IMG/VR virus record: IMGVR_UViG_3300033498_000048
Location: 64,001 to 128,000 of that record
DNA: 64,000 bases
Source of the DNA: a virus
Lineage: Duplodnaviria; Caudoviricetes
Strand: one strand, 5' to 3'
Shown here: in pieces, positions 41,065 through 50,522 of the stretch
Layout of the letters: every line of letters begins with the position of its first letter
How positions within the stretch are numbered: position 1 is the first letter of the stretch
Program-made: the position numbers and the translations under genes
Notes under the pieces: generated by a model
What the model saw: the letters and a program-made list of their open reading frames with translations, nothing else
What the model was told of the DNA's origin: nothing
Database searches by the model: none

Positions 41065-41519
41065 ATCATATCTGAAGTATTAAACTCGATTTGTTCAATT
41101 ATTCCACGATTTGCTAACTCATCTGCTTTAGAATTATTGACATCATCGCTATGACCTTTAACCTTAATCCAATCTATTTTATGGAACTTATTTAATTCAT
41201 CTAATTGTTCCCACAGCTCTTTGTTTGCAACATCTGATTTGGTTGATGTTTTCCAACCTTTGTTTTTCCAACCAGTCATCCATTCAGTCATACCTTTAAC
41301 TAAATATTGTGAATCTGAATATACTTGTACGATACAAGACCCTTTTAACAACTTCAATGCTTGAATTGCAGCTATTAATTCCATTCGCTGATTAGTCGTA
41401 TATTTCTCATAACCCCAAATCTCTTTTCTGTAACCTTTATAGATAAAAAACGCACCCCAGCCACCAATCCCTGGATTACCTTTACACGCTCCATCACAAT
41501 ATATTTTTAAATTTAGCAT
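41055..41519 (-). CDS. rnhA: ribonuclease HI
   Basis: IYCDGACKGNPGIGGWG, TTNQRMELIA, YSDSQY, NKELW, VKGHS, ADELA. Confidence 0.95.
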   Translation of the reverse strand: MLNLKIYCDGACKGNPGIGGWGAFFIYKGYRKEIWGYEKYTTNQRMELIAAIQALKLLKGSCIVQVYSDSQYLVKGMTEWMTGWKNKGWKTSTKSDVANKELWEQLDELNKFHKIDWIKVKGHSDDVNNSKADELANRGIIEQIEFNTSDMICV

Positions 41520-41522
41520 TAA

Positions 41523-41867
41523 TCACTCCGAATATTTGGGGTTAGTGTACATAATTAACGAGTGTTGTGTAACATCAATTGTTTTTTGCGGGTGGTTAAT
41601 AGGGTTAGTATAATCCCCAACAAATAATTCTGGATTTCTTAGGTCAATTAAATTATCTTTAATCCAATTAAATAGTGCTGTGTAATATTCAACAGTAATA
41701 TTTTTTATCCAATGTTTTTCAAAAAGTCTTTCCAAACGACTACGTTCTACAACTATTTTATCATACAGTCTATCATCATAGATTTTTGGTAACGTATAAT
41801 ACCCTAGTCTGATACACGCAATACTATATAATGCAATATCAGTTCGTTCCACCATATCAAGCTCCAT
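41523..41867 (-). CDS. hypothetical protein
   Basis: ORF track. Confidence 0.55.
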   Translation of the reverse strand: MELDMVERTDIALYSIACIRLGYYTLPKIYDDRLYDKIVVERSRLERLFEKHWIKNITVEYYTALFNWIKDNLIDLRNPELFVGDYTNPINHPQKTIDVTQHSLIMYTNPKYSE

Positions 41868-42302
41868 TCACATCTCCTCATATATTACCGAATTATTTTT
41901 TGTTGTTACCTTCAATTCAATTGTTTCGTTGGAATACCAACCAGCTTCATCTTCATCCCTATCAAATACGGTCTTAACTATTATAGCTCGATGTTTAGTT
42001 ACATAATGGTTGTCTGATATAGTCACACCTACTCTAAGATTTCTTAACTTTAATGTGTAGTTTTTATTGCTTTGTGTTGTGCCATAAAAAACATTTTGAA
42101 TGAAATAACTAAGTAAATTTGCAATATACCCAACATCATTGTTAAGTCGCCGTTCGGAAATCCTTTCTAAAAAGTGTTTTGAAATGTATAAATCCATAAC
42201 ATCTTTTAAATGTCCACACCTAACTAAATTACCTTTATATTCACCAAAATACATCTTAGCCTTCTTAGTATCAGAAGCTAAATTGAGTCTTAACTTGTCC
42301 AT
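41868..42302 (-). CDS. hypothetical protein
   Basis: ORF track; SKHFLERISER. Confidence 0.55.
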   Translation of the reverse strand: MDKLRLNLASDTKKAKMYFGEYKGNLVRCGHLKDVMDLYISKHFLERISERRLNNDVGYIANLLSYFIQNVFYGTTQSNKNYTLKLRNLRVGVTISDNHYVTKHRAIIVKTVFDRDEDEAGWYSNETIELKVTTKNNSVIYEEM

Positions 42303-42358
42303 ATAAACTCCATAGGTTAATGGAGTTCAGATTTGTATAGTCTAAACTCCATAATTTG

Positions 42359-43123
42359 TTATGCTTTTATTGAATTGAAAATCCTGTTAGACATATCCGT
42401 TTTTAGTTTTAGCAGTGCTTCACTATGTTCAATCACAAGAGTTCTAACAGCGTTGGAATGCTCGGCTAAAACATTTTTATAGTTCACATTCGATAAAACA
42501 CATTCCATTTCAGATACAGCAACGGTTGTATTAAAACATTTAAGGTTTTTATCAATAAGGTGTTTCAATACAAGTAAACTTCCACCATCATTTTGCTGTG
42601 ATAAGATGTCAACAACTTTATATAAATTGCTTTTGTGTAAGACTGTATCACCAAGTTCAAATTCAAACTGTTTTGACTTATCTATAACACGAGTCAATTT
42701 GTGATATAGTTCACTTCTAATAACCACATCATCCTTAATACTGATAACCTCATTATCCATAAAAACTTTAGACAATTTTTTATGTTGCACTTCACTGTCA
42801 ATTACACTTCCGATTTTTAACATTAGTATCAATATTGAATCTGGTAAAAATCTATGTCTATTCTGTAATACTGGATCCAATATTCGTACAACCTGTTGCT
42901 GCCTACGTTGTCTTAATTTATTAACCTTATTCCACGCATTTGCAATATTAAATGCTTTGATTTCTGGAAAGTAATTTTCACCAACATAACAACTTAATTG
43001 TACTGGATTGAGATGTTTTGTCAATTGTTGCAATATTCTATCATACAATTCACACAATTGAGTATCAATAAAAGTAATTTGTTGCGTTATTATGTCATCA
43101 TTTTTCATAGTATATATTCCCAT
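42359..43123 (-). CDS. hypothetical protein
   Basis: 254-aa ORF. Confidence 0.6.
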   Translation of the reverse strand: MGIYTMKNDDIITQQITFIDTQLCELYDRILQQLTKHLNPVQLSCYVGENYFPEIKAFNIANAWNKVNKLRQRRQQQVVRILDPVLQNRHRFLPDSILILMLKIGSVIDSEVQHKKLSKVFMDNEVISIKDDVVIRSELYHKLTRVIDKSKQFEFELGDTVLHKSNLYKVVDILSQQNDGGSLLVLKHLIDKNLKCFNTTVAVSEMECVLSNVNYKNVLAEHSNAVRTLVIEHSEALLKLKTDMSNRIFNSIKA

Positions 43124-43163
43124 GTGGTTAATGTGCGAATATTATAGCATCCACACAATAATG

Positions 43164-43415
43164 TCAACAACTTTCACTAGATGAAATCCACGGACAATTA
43201 ACTTCAGATTCATCTTCACTATAACCAGTTTCATTCCAATTGTGGTCTTGTGGAAATGGTGATGGAATAACAATATCGGAAAACCTATTCATATTTGGGT
43301 GCATAACTACAAATGATACATGATTTTCGGCTGAAATAACTTCACATTCCTGTAATAGTTGTTGAATCAACCTAAGTTTTTCCCCAATTAAAATTCTTGC
43401 GTGTTCTTGTGTCAT
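43164..43415 (-). CDS. hypothetical protein
   Basis: ORF track; WISSSESC C-terminus. Confidence 0.55.
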   Translation of the reverse strand: MTQEHARILIGEKLRLIQQLLQECEVISAENHVSFVVMHPNMNRFSDIVIPSPFPQDHNWNETGYSEDESEVNCPWISSSESC

Positions 43416-43429
43416 ATATTTTACCTACC

Positions 43430-43687
43430 TTAATATCCAATAATATTGAGTAATGCCGATTTAGCGTCCCATTGTTCTTTAAATGTATCAACAACCACCG
43501 TATATGTAGGACCACAATTCAATAAAACTTCCCGTTCGGAATTTGTAAAATGAGTTACAACATTACCCCTAACTCGATAGTGTAAGCCCCTTAGAGAATA
43601 AACACCATCTTTTTTAGTTTTTGCCTTTTCAACTATCAAGTTTCTATTGTTGACATTTAAAATACCATATTCTATCTTGTTTTTCAT
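43430..43687 (-). CDS. hypothetical protein
   Basis: ORF track. Confidence 0.55.
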   Translation of the reverse strand: MKNKIEYGILNVNNRNLIVEKAKTKKDGVYSLRGLHYRVRGNVVTHFTNSEREVLLNCGPTYTVVVDTFKEQWDAKSALLNIIGY

Positions 43688-43725
43688 TTCATTAGTTCTC
43701 CACTCAATGAATGGTAAATGATGAT

Positions 43726-44676
43726 TTACCCAAATGGTTTAATTAAATTGTTTTTTAAACTTGATTTAAACTTATCAACATAATTATCGCTGTATAACTC
43801 TACAACTTCATCATAGTGTTCCCATGCAAATTCACGAAACCACCCACTTGTTATGGACGTACACACCTTTGATATGGCAATCTCAAAAGAGCGTTTACGT
43901 TTAGGTGTATAGTTGTTTGGGATTTGGTGTCGTTCTAATGCTAATACATAAGACTCTTCCAGTACACCTAGGAGCTTCGTTTTGTGTGGCAACACATCAA
44001 ACAATGCCTTATCGCACATAACCTGCTCTCCAGTCTTTAAATAATACAAGTATGCAGGTTTATCTAAATGTTTTACGGACTCGTGGATGTCATCGTGGTC
44101 ATAGATGTATGGAACTTCAGATAGTTTGAAAAAATCATTCTTTCCAACTTTCAAATTAGGGTGATTATACCAATAGGTATCTAATTCCCTTTGTTTGTAC
44201 CAATCTAAATACTTTGAATCAAATTTAGCTCCAAGAGAGCGTAAATATTTAATGTCCCGAATAGTCTTAAGAAATGCAGGAGAGTTTCTCAAATAGCGAT
44301 GACTCATTTTCAACATATACAACACATCTAACGATGGATATATTAGTGAAATATTACCATCATTAACAATGATTGAATTGGAATCATTTATGACCAAATT
44401 AAACAACTCGGTTTGATTTGATTGTGGTAGTATTGGTTCACACTCGATAATCAACCCATCACATAATTTTGTAACCAATTTATCATTGTATTGTTTTTGT
44501 TCCAATACTTCCGAACTTAGTGAATCTACAAACAATTGCAAATCCTTTGTAGCACAAATGACATCTAAATCTTTTGGATGTCTATACATCGAATTGGTCT
44601 GCATATTCAACGCAGCACTTCCAATTATAATCACTTTAATCATATCAAGACCTCCACAATTTATTGGAACACACAA
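43726..44676 (-). CDS. phage nucleotidyltransferase-like protein (paralog of 49769-50518)
   Basis: IIGSAAL..KDLDVI, LYMLKMSH, YDHDDIH, EESYVLALER. Confidence 0.7.
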   Translation of the reverse strand: MCVPINCGGLDMIKVIIIGSAALNMQTNSMYRHPKDLDVICATKDLQLFVDSLSSEVLEQKQYNDKLVTKLCDGLIIECEPILPQSNQTELFNLVINDSNSIIVNDGNISLIYPSLDVLYMLKMSHRYLRNSPAFLKTIRDIKYLRSLGAKFDSKYLDWYKQRELDTYWYNHPNLKVGKNDFFKLSEVPYIYDHDDIHESVKHLDKPAYLYYLKTGEQVMCDKALFDVLPHKTKLLGVLEESYVLALERHQIPNNYTPKRKRSFEIAISKVCTSITSGWFREFAWEHYDEVVELYSDNYVDKFKSSLKNNLIKPFG

Positions 44677-44706
44677 AAGTATATTCCAACAAATTCAAGT
44701 TACATT

Positions 44707-45138
44707 CTAATTTGTTGGATATGCAAATGTCAACCTTTGATTATTAAGATATTCATTAGCACCATGTTCTGTTTTAAACACACGATTAGCATTGTAACAA
44801 TTTCTATAACCAAACATATTAAAATCACTTGAATGTATTGTTTGGTTATACTTTCCACTCAAATATCTAATAACATAATGATTGTTAATATCACCATATT
44901 TCGGTGATTCAAATTGCAATTGTCCAGCTTTATCGTGTTTATTGTACTGGATAATAATACCATGTTCAACAAATGCCATTGAATCTTTAGTGTTACTTCC
45001 ATTAGGTAAGTGAACTACCCACAGTTCAGCATCAAGTACCAAGTCTGACTCTGCAAACTCGTATGCACTGTGTTCCAATTCAAACTGTGGTAATTGTTTA
45101 AATCTACTAGAATAAACGGCTTGTGGAATAATTGCCAT
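44707..45138 (-). CDS. hypothetical protein
   Basis: ORF track. Confidence 0.55.
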   Translation of the reverse strand: MAIIPQAVYSSRFKQLPQFELEHSAYEFAESDLVLDAELWVVHLPNGSNTKDSMAFVEHGIIIQYNKHDKAGQLQFESPKYGDINNHYVIRYLSGKYNQTIHSSDFNMFGYRNCYNANRVFKTEHGANEYLNNQRLTFAYPTN

Positions 45139-45368
45139 TACTCGACCTTTTCAGGTGTAATGCCAGCAACTTTTAGAATCTTGCGTATAATTTTACGCAT
45201 TGAGCCAACCATTTTAACTTCCCATTCAATACCGTTAAATTCTAAAAATCGCCATTCCCCATCGTTTTTGTTATCTGGATTATCAATACCATAATCTTGA
45301 TATTTTACTAAAAGCTTACTCATGTTATTCCTTAAATGTTTAAAAATTAAAAAACGTATTATATACAA
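45138..45368 (-). CDS. hypothetical protein (start probably internal MSKLL)
   Basis: ORF track; promoter overlaps the annotated start. Confidence 0.45.
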   Translation of the reverse strand: MYIIRFLIFKHLRNNMSKLLVKYQDYGIDNPDNKNDGEWRFLEFNGIEWEVKMVGSMRKIIRKILKVAGITPEKVE

Positions 45369-45386
45369 CTAAAATTGTATAGTCAA
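45358..45386 (-). promoter_or_regulatory. sigma70-like early promoter
   Basis: TTGACT-N17-TATAAT. Confidence 0.65.
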
Positions 45387-45389
45387 CTC

Positions 45390-45602
45390 TTACAGCTCAA
45401 TATCCACAACTTCTGACTTTGGATAAAAACCTATTTCTGGACAATTACCTTCCCTTGGAAAAATCACAGCTATGAGTTTATTTTTACTCCCAACACTATG
45501 AAAATATCCCAATCGTTCAATTCCATATCGTTTCACAATAACCTGCTTCATTGTATTAAAGTCGTCTTTATGTGAACCAACCATTTTAACTCCACAACTC
45601 AT
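45390..45602 (-). CDS. hypothetical protein
   Basis: ORF track. Confidence 0.5.
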   Translation of the reverse strand: MSCGVKMVGSHKDDFNTMKQVIVKRYGIERLGYFHSVGSKNKLIAVIFPREGNCPEIGFYPKSEVVDIEL

Positions 45603-45635
45603 AATATTTGATTGAATATGTACTCGATTTCCACT

Positions 45636-46079
45636 TTAAATATGTTGTTTTACGAATTTAGATACAATTGACATATCTGCCTTTCCAGCAAATGTAGTTT
45701 TTAACTCAGACATCAATTTACCCATTTCTTGTTTGGAATTAATACCCAATTCAGCAATTTTCTGAATGACTATAGTTTCAACTTCAGCATCAGTTAATTG
45801 GACTGGCAAAAAATCACGAATCATAGTTATTTCATATTCTTCAATATCAGCTAAATCCATTCGATTTGCGTCCGTGTAAATTCGCAAGCTTTCTTGACGT
45901 TGTTTAACCATCTTAGATAAAATTGCCAACACTGCTGTATCATCTAAATCTGTTCTGGTATCAACCTCGACTTGCTTGATTGCAGCAGAAATTAAACGCA
46001 ATACCCCCAATAAACTCTTGTTTTTTGACTTCATTGCTGATTTAATTTCACCCAACAATTTATTTTTAATTGTACTCAT
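45636..46079 (-). CDS. yqeY: GatB/YqeY domain protein
   Basis: IKSAMKSK..LRLISAAIKQVEVD..KMVKQRQES..Y..ANR.DLA..E.YE..FLP.QL..MGKLM..GKAD. Confidence 0.92.
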   Translation of the reverse strand: MSTIKNKLLGEIKSAMKSKNKSLLGVLRLISAAIKQVEVDTRTDLDDTAVLAILSKMVKQRQESLRIYTDANRMDLADIEEYEITMIRDFLPVQLTDAEVETIVIQKIAELGINSKQEMGKLMSELKTTFAGKADMSIVSKFVKQHI

Positions 46080-46315
46080 TTCTGTTCCCTAATTAATTTT
46101 AATAAATTCACAATCTCATTGGTAACATCAAACCCTCCTATGTTTGTTGAGTTTGATGTTGTACTTTGAATAGGTTTTACAATTGATACGATTGGTTCGT
46201 TGTTTTGTGGATTAATATGTGAACTGATTATGAATCCAGCATCCATAATCACACAAACTTCATCTGGGAGTAACCCAAGGTTAGTTGCAATAGATGTTAA
46301 TTGTACATCGTTCAC
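46076..46315 (-). CDS. hypothetical protein
   Basis: ORF track. Confidence 0.5.
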   Translation of the reverse strand: MNDVQLTSIATNLGLLPDEVCVIMDAGFIISSHINPQNNEPIVSIVKPIQSTTSNSTNIGGFDVTNEIVNLLKLIREQK

Positions 46316-46779
46316 AATCTCATTCCAAAGACTAAAAAAGTTTGTTTTAGGTGTCCCATCAACCGTTTAGTGATAAAAATTTTATCGAAAGAGAAAAATG
46401 TGTCATGTTCAATATCCCACCACAAATCACAATCATTCCATTTAAAATTATCTGATTCAATGTCAAATTTAATCCACCCTTTAGTAGTCAATATACCACT
46501 ACGCAAATCCACAAGGTGTTTTAGATATTCTTCTAATTTACCATATGGTAAGGTTGATAATATCCACAAACTTTTATCATTCTTAGTTATGGTTGAATGC
46601 TTAACAATAGCCACATCATTAAAATGACAATACATAGAAATTAGAGCTTTACGTCTAGCTCCAAACTCAAACTCGGCTGCTCCCATATCCGTATAAGATA
46701 CAGCCTCGAATATTGATTTACCAACATTATCATTTAATGGACGCTTAATCAGTGCCGATTGGACTAAATATGGTTTCAT
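46312..46779 (-). CDS. conserved phage hypothetical protein
   Basis: DMGAAEFEFGA...LWWDIE motif. Confidence 0.65.
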   Translation of the reverse strand: MKPYLVQSALIKRPLNDNVGKSIFEAVSYTDMGAAEFEFGARRKALISMYCHFNDVAIVKHSTITKNDKSLWILSTLPYGKLEEYLKHLVDLRSGILTTKGWIKFDIESDNFKWNDCDLWWDIEHDTFFSFDKIFITKRLMGHLKQTFLVFGMRL

Positions 46780-46796
46780 AATATGTTACACTTTGA

Positions 46797-47015
46797 TTAA
46801 TTATTGTTTCTATCATTCCGATTTGACAAATCAGAATAGCGATTTTTTTGAACCTTAACTGATTGTGTTTTTTTTGACTTTAAGAGATGTTCCCATTTTT
46901 TTATATACTGGGTTGACTTAAAATTGTCTTCATATACATCAAACTCTGGAATGGGCGCACCGACTTCAACTAAGGAGTCGATTATTTTGCTTTTATTGTT
47001 TTTACTCATATTCAC
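46797..47015 (-). CDS. hypothetical protein
   Basis: ORF track. Confidence 0.5.
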   Translation of the reverse strand: MNMSKNNKSKIIDSLVEVGAPIPEFDVYEDNFKSTQYIKKWEHLLKSKKTQSVKVQKNRYSDLSNRNDRNNN

Positions 47016-47066
47016 ATTGTATTACTGGTTTCGATTTACACATATTACATTATTGAAATTTAGATG

Positions 47067-47597
47067 TCAATAAGAAACTTTACCACCTTTGGATTTTGTC
47101 TTTGATATTGATTGCCCATCAAAAAATAAGCCATCACCTTCCCATTGGTCGTGTTTCCACCCACCTGAATACCATGTACCATCAGCATAATCTAACCGAC
47201 CATTTCCAGACTTCTCCCCTGTTTTCCACTCACCAATATATACGGAATTATCCGTGTGTACCATTTGCCCTGTTCCATCTGGAAGTAAATCTTTAAACCT
47301 GCCAACATACAATTCACCAGTTGGGTAATTTAAAGTTCCCTCACTTATCAGCCAATTCTTAAACTGACCAGTAAGTGTATGTCCACTCGAAAGCACAACA
47401 GAATTTTTATTTCCATTGAATGAACCGTTTACAAACTTACCTTTAAAAATATCACCATCTTCTGAAAAATATGTACCAGTTCCATTATAGCAATTTCCAG
47501 CAGTACATTTCCCAACAACCCCATTCGCAGCAGCATTAGTTGACATTGCCATTAACCCCATAATAATTATTGCTTTATACATTATTCGATTCTCCAA
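47067..47597 (-). CDS. MORN-repeat secreted/periplasmic protein
   Basis: Signal peptide; GxGTY...YxGxFKxxxxxG and YxGEWKxGxxxG repeats. Confidence 0.9.
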   Translation of the reverse strand: MENRIMYKAIIIMGLMAMSTNAAANGVVGKCTAGNCYNGTGTYFSEDGDIFKGKFVNGSFNGNKNSVVLSSGHTLTGQFKNWLISEGTLNYPTGELYVGRFKDLLPDGTGQMVHTDNSVYIGEWKTGEKSGNGRLDYADGTWYSGGWKHDQWEGDGLFFDGQSISKTKSKGGKVSY

Positions 47598-47769
47598 TTA
47601 TTTGATTTGAATTTAAAAATTCACTAGCATCGAAAGCAAACCTTCTATCAATTTGACTTCCGATTATGTATTGTGCCACTGTACATCCAACTGCATTTTT
47701 TAATTGTTCATTGGACAAATCAATACCCAATTTGGCGAGTTCAATTAAAAATTCTTCTATTACATTCAT
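47575..47769 (-). CDS. hypothetical protein
   Basis: ORF track. Confidence 0.45.
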   Translation of the reverse strand: MNVIEEFLIELAKLGIDLSNEQLKNAVGCTVAQYIIGSQIDRRFAFDASEFLNSNQIIGESNNV

Positions 47770-47778
47770 TCATTATCC

Positions 47779-48480
47779 CTATAGTTTAATTATGTTTAAT
47801 GGTTTACCTGAAATTGCTCCAGAATCTATGAAAACGCAATTTCCATAAACTATTGGAGTACCGTGTGGAGTTATACTGTGTCCAAAGTAGACCTTGTGTA
47901 TATTGTCAATTATTACTGGAACAGGATTATAATATGACCGTTCAAACAAATATCTACCCCATAAACAATTTTGTTGAAAATCATAGTCAATAAAACCATC
48001 TTGATAAAGTGTGTTCCAATCTATTAAATCTTTTAAATCTCCGTGTACAATACCAATTAATCCACTTTGAGTCTCAACCTCAATTATTAATGGCATCTTA
48101 TTGTGTATTAAATTTACGATGTATTGTTTCACTGTACCATCTAATAATGCGAACCAATATGCACCATTCGCAATATGGATATTATATAAAGTAGCATCAG
48201 TTGGAGCAAAGGAAAGCATAAACTCGTGATTCCCCACTACCGAATGAAACCAGTCCTGTTCTAACAATTTGATTACATCAATTGAATCTGGACCCCTATC
48301 AACTAAATCTCCCGTACAAAACAACCTATCTACATCTTGATTAAACTTCAATTCATGTAATTGTTTATTCAATTGGTCTAAACATCCATGTATATCACCA
48401 ACAACATAATCTGACCCAATAGTGTTTAATTGGAATCGTTGTATTGATAAATTAGTAACTAAACCGTTTGATTGTTCCAT
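47779..48480 (-). CDS. serine/threonine protein phosphatase (lambda NinI/PphA-like)
   Basis: VGDIHG, GDLVDRGPDS, GNHE, IVHG, FGHS, IDSGA. Confidence 0.92.
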   Translation of the reverse strand: MEQSNGLVTNLSIQRFQLNTIGSDYVVGDIHGCLDQLNKQLHELKFNQDVDRLFCTGDLVDRGPDSIDVIKLLEQDWFHSVVGNHEFMLSFAPTDATLYNIHIANGAYWFALLDGTVKQYIVNLIHNKMPLIIEVETQSGLIGIVHGDLKDLIDWNTLYQDGFIDYDFQQNCLWGRYLFERSYYNPVPVIIDNIHKVYFGHSITPHGTPIVYGNCVFIDSGAISGKPLNIIKL

Positions 48481-49285
48481 TTGATAATCCCTTACTAAGT
48501 GATATTGATTTGATATGTCCCATTGCTAATGTTGAACCCCATTTAGCACAAATCCAGTCAAGTATATTATCAGAATCAATGGAAACTATGTTATACATAG
48601 CTTTGCTAATAGACAATTCAAAATTTTTAAATGTCAATTTAATAACACCATCAGAATCACTTTTAATATCATTTCCATTAATAAATATTACATCTTGTAA
48701 ATATTTACCAATACTATTAAATGATTCTATTCCACGTTGACAATCAAAGCAATCTGATTTAAATAGTGTATCATGTTCAACTTCAATCCAACCATAATAC
48801 CCATTAATGTTAGATTCACTTACAGTAATATGCCTAAACTTGTGGAAATAATTACTACCATTTACCAACATATTTTCAGTAAGTTTGACTTCTATTGATA
48901 GTCCATATTGTTGGACATTATTCCAGACAAATTGTTGGATTGCACGTTGCATGGTTTCAATTACCGAACCAATATAATTACATTCAACTATATTAATATA
49001 TCCCTTAAGTGCTTCCAATTCAAAACTATCTGCCCTCAATGCACGTTTATCTGGTGTATTAAGAACAATCATACACTTGCTATACGATGGAATAATCAAA
49101 AGTTTATTGGCAAACTCACGGTCAATCAATTCTGTGATGGTTGATTTAATGTGATTAAAGTCTTCTAAATTCCCTGTTATTACAACCGATAGTTTATAAC
49201 TACCTCCAACCAATGTTCCAGAATCATTGACAATCGTGTGGTCAATATCACATAGGTTGTTGAAAAATCCTGTTTTTTTATCCAT
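48452..49285 (-). CDS. degenerate tandem-domain QueD/6-pyruvoyl-tetrahydropterin synthase-like protein
   Basis: FNNLCDID...G.LVGGSY...DFNHIK..I..LID...KLLIIP resembles the long gammaproteobacterial PTPS form; His motifs not evident. Confidence 0.45.
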   Translation of the reverse strand: MDKKTGFFNNLCDIDHTIVNDSGTLVGGSYKLSVVITGNLEDFNHIKSTITELIDREFANKLLIIPSYSKCMIVLNTPDKRALRADSFELEALKGYINIVECNYIGSVIETMQRAIQQFVWNNVQQYGLSIEVKLTENMLVNGSNYFHKFRHITVSESNINGYYGWIEVEHDTLFKSDCFDCQRGIESFNSIGKYLQDVIFINGNDIKSDSDGVIKLTFKNFELSISKAMYNIVSIDSDNILDWICAKWGSTLAMGHIKSISLSKGLSNGTIKRFSY

Positions 49286-49649
49286 TATTCACACTTTCAT
49301 ACCATGTTACAACTCGTGTTTCAGATTTTTCAATAACCATCTCAGGTTCTTGATTCCATTCAACACCATTCCAAGAATCATAATCTCCAGTCCATCGAAT
49401 AATAACACTATCTGTCGGACTATCAAATCTTGATATTTTTACAGTGTAATACCAATATTCATCTTCTCTATCATCTTCCAATACGTCAATACACAATTTG
49501 TATTTTGAGTCTTCAAATATTGCCTGTTCAAAATGTTCTGGCTTTTCCCTTGGTACTTCATAATCACACAAGCTATTAATCCAATCCCAAAACTCAGCCA
49601 TTGTCAATTCGTTTAATTTCTTCATTTTATTACTCCTCCGCACTTTCAT
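49278..49649 (-). CDS. acidic hypothetical protein
   Basis: ORF track. Confidence 0.55.
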   Translation of the reverse strand: MKVRRSNKMKKLNELTMAEFWDWINSLCDYEVPREKPEHFEQAIFEDSKYKLCIDVLEDDREDEYWYYTVKISRFDSPTDSVIIRWTGDYDSWNGVEWNQEPEMVIEKSETRVVTWYESVNNG

Positions 49650-49768
49650 ACGATGTTATATTAATTGTTTTTGTTACAAGCTTTTCATTAACTATATGTG
49701 ATTCTGGACACTGATTGGTGTCTAAAACATTGACATTCCCAATCCATTAAAAGTATTTCAACATCTTA

Positions 49769-50518
49769 TTACTCCACAAATTTGCGAGTGTTAATTACAC
49801 ACTCTATAAAATGTGTATTATCGTACTTTATTAAAGTTTCAAAATTGATGATTAAAAATCTATTAAACCAACCCCATGTGGACGATGTAATTAAAGTCTT
49901 TAGTGCTAGATATTTCGCGCGATTTATCCCAACAACTTTCTTTGGAATTAGAAATCGCTCTAACATAAACACAAATACTTCTTCCATTGCACATTTAATC
50001 CTATCATCAAAGGACATTGAATTGAATAATTGCTCACTGCATAATGGACTATTTAAGTCTTTCCTGATTTTATGGTTTAAAGGTTGGTTATAGAATTTAA
50101 CCATTTCATGTAAATAATCATGGTCATAAATCCTATCTACATTAGTAGTAAAAAAGCTTGAATTTTGTACATTCAACTTTATGTGTGATTTTGTTCCATG
50201 TATTTGCTGCCAATCAAGGATTAATAGATTGTACAAATCAATATCAATAACACATTCTTTAGATTTCAAAAACACAATATCTTTTAATGTTTTGTCCCAA
50301 TTAATATCCCACGCTGCATGGGATATTTTTATTGTATATAACAAATCTGGATCCACATAAACATCGTCTGAATTGTGTTCAAATATATACGAAAATGCTG
50401 GAGTATAATGACAATCACATCCAATAACCTTATCTGCTGATATTAAATCAACATCATTAGGTATTCGTTTATAGTCTGGAAAATGGTGTTTGATTGCACA
50501 TGAGCCATATATTAACAT
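49769..50518 (-). CDS. phage nucleotidyltransferase-like protein (paralog of 43726-44676)
   Basis: IYGSCAI..PNDVDLI, LYTIKISH, YDHDYLH, EEVFVFMLER. Confidence 0.7.
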   Translation of the reverse strand: MLIYGSCAIKHHFPDYKRIPNDVDLISADKVIGCDCHYTPAFSYIFEHNSDDVYVDPDLLYTIKISHAAWDINWDKTLKDIVFLKSKECVIDIDLYNLLILDWQQIHGTKSHIKLNVQNSSFFTTNVDRIYDHDYLHEMVKFYNQPLNHKIRKDLNSPLCSEQLFNSMSFDDRIKCAMEEVFVFMLERFLIPKKVVGINRAKYLALKTLITSSTWGWFNRFLIINFETLIKYDNTHFIECVINTRKFVE

Positions 50519-50522
50519 GATT

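Noticed and set aside
41055-41519. RNase H plus Thg1 as part of a retron, reverse transcriptase or DGR system
   Set aside because: No reverse transcriptase ORF and no template/variable repeat pair seen; both genes are common stand-alone phage accessories
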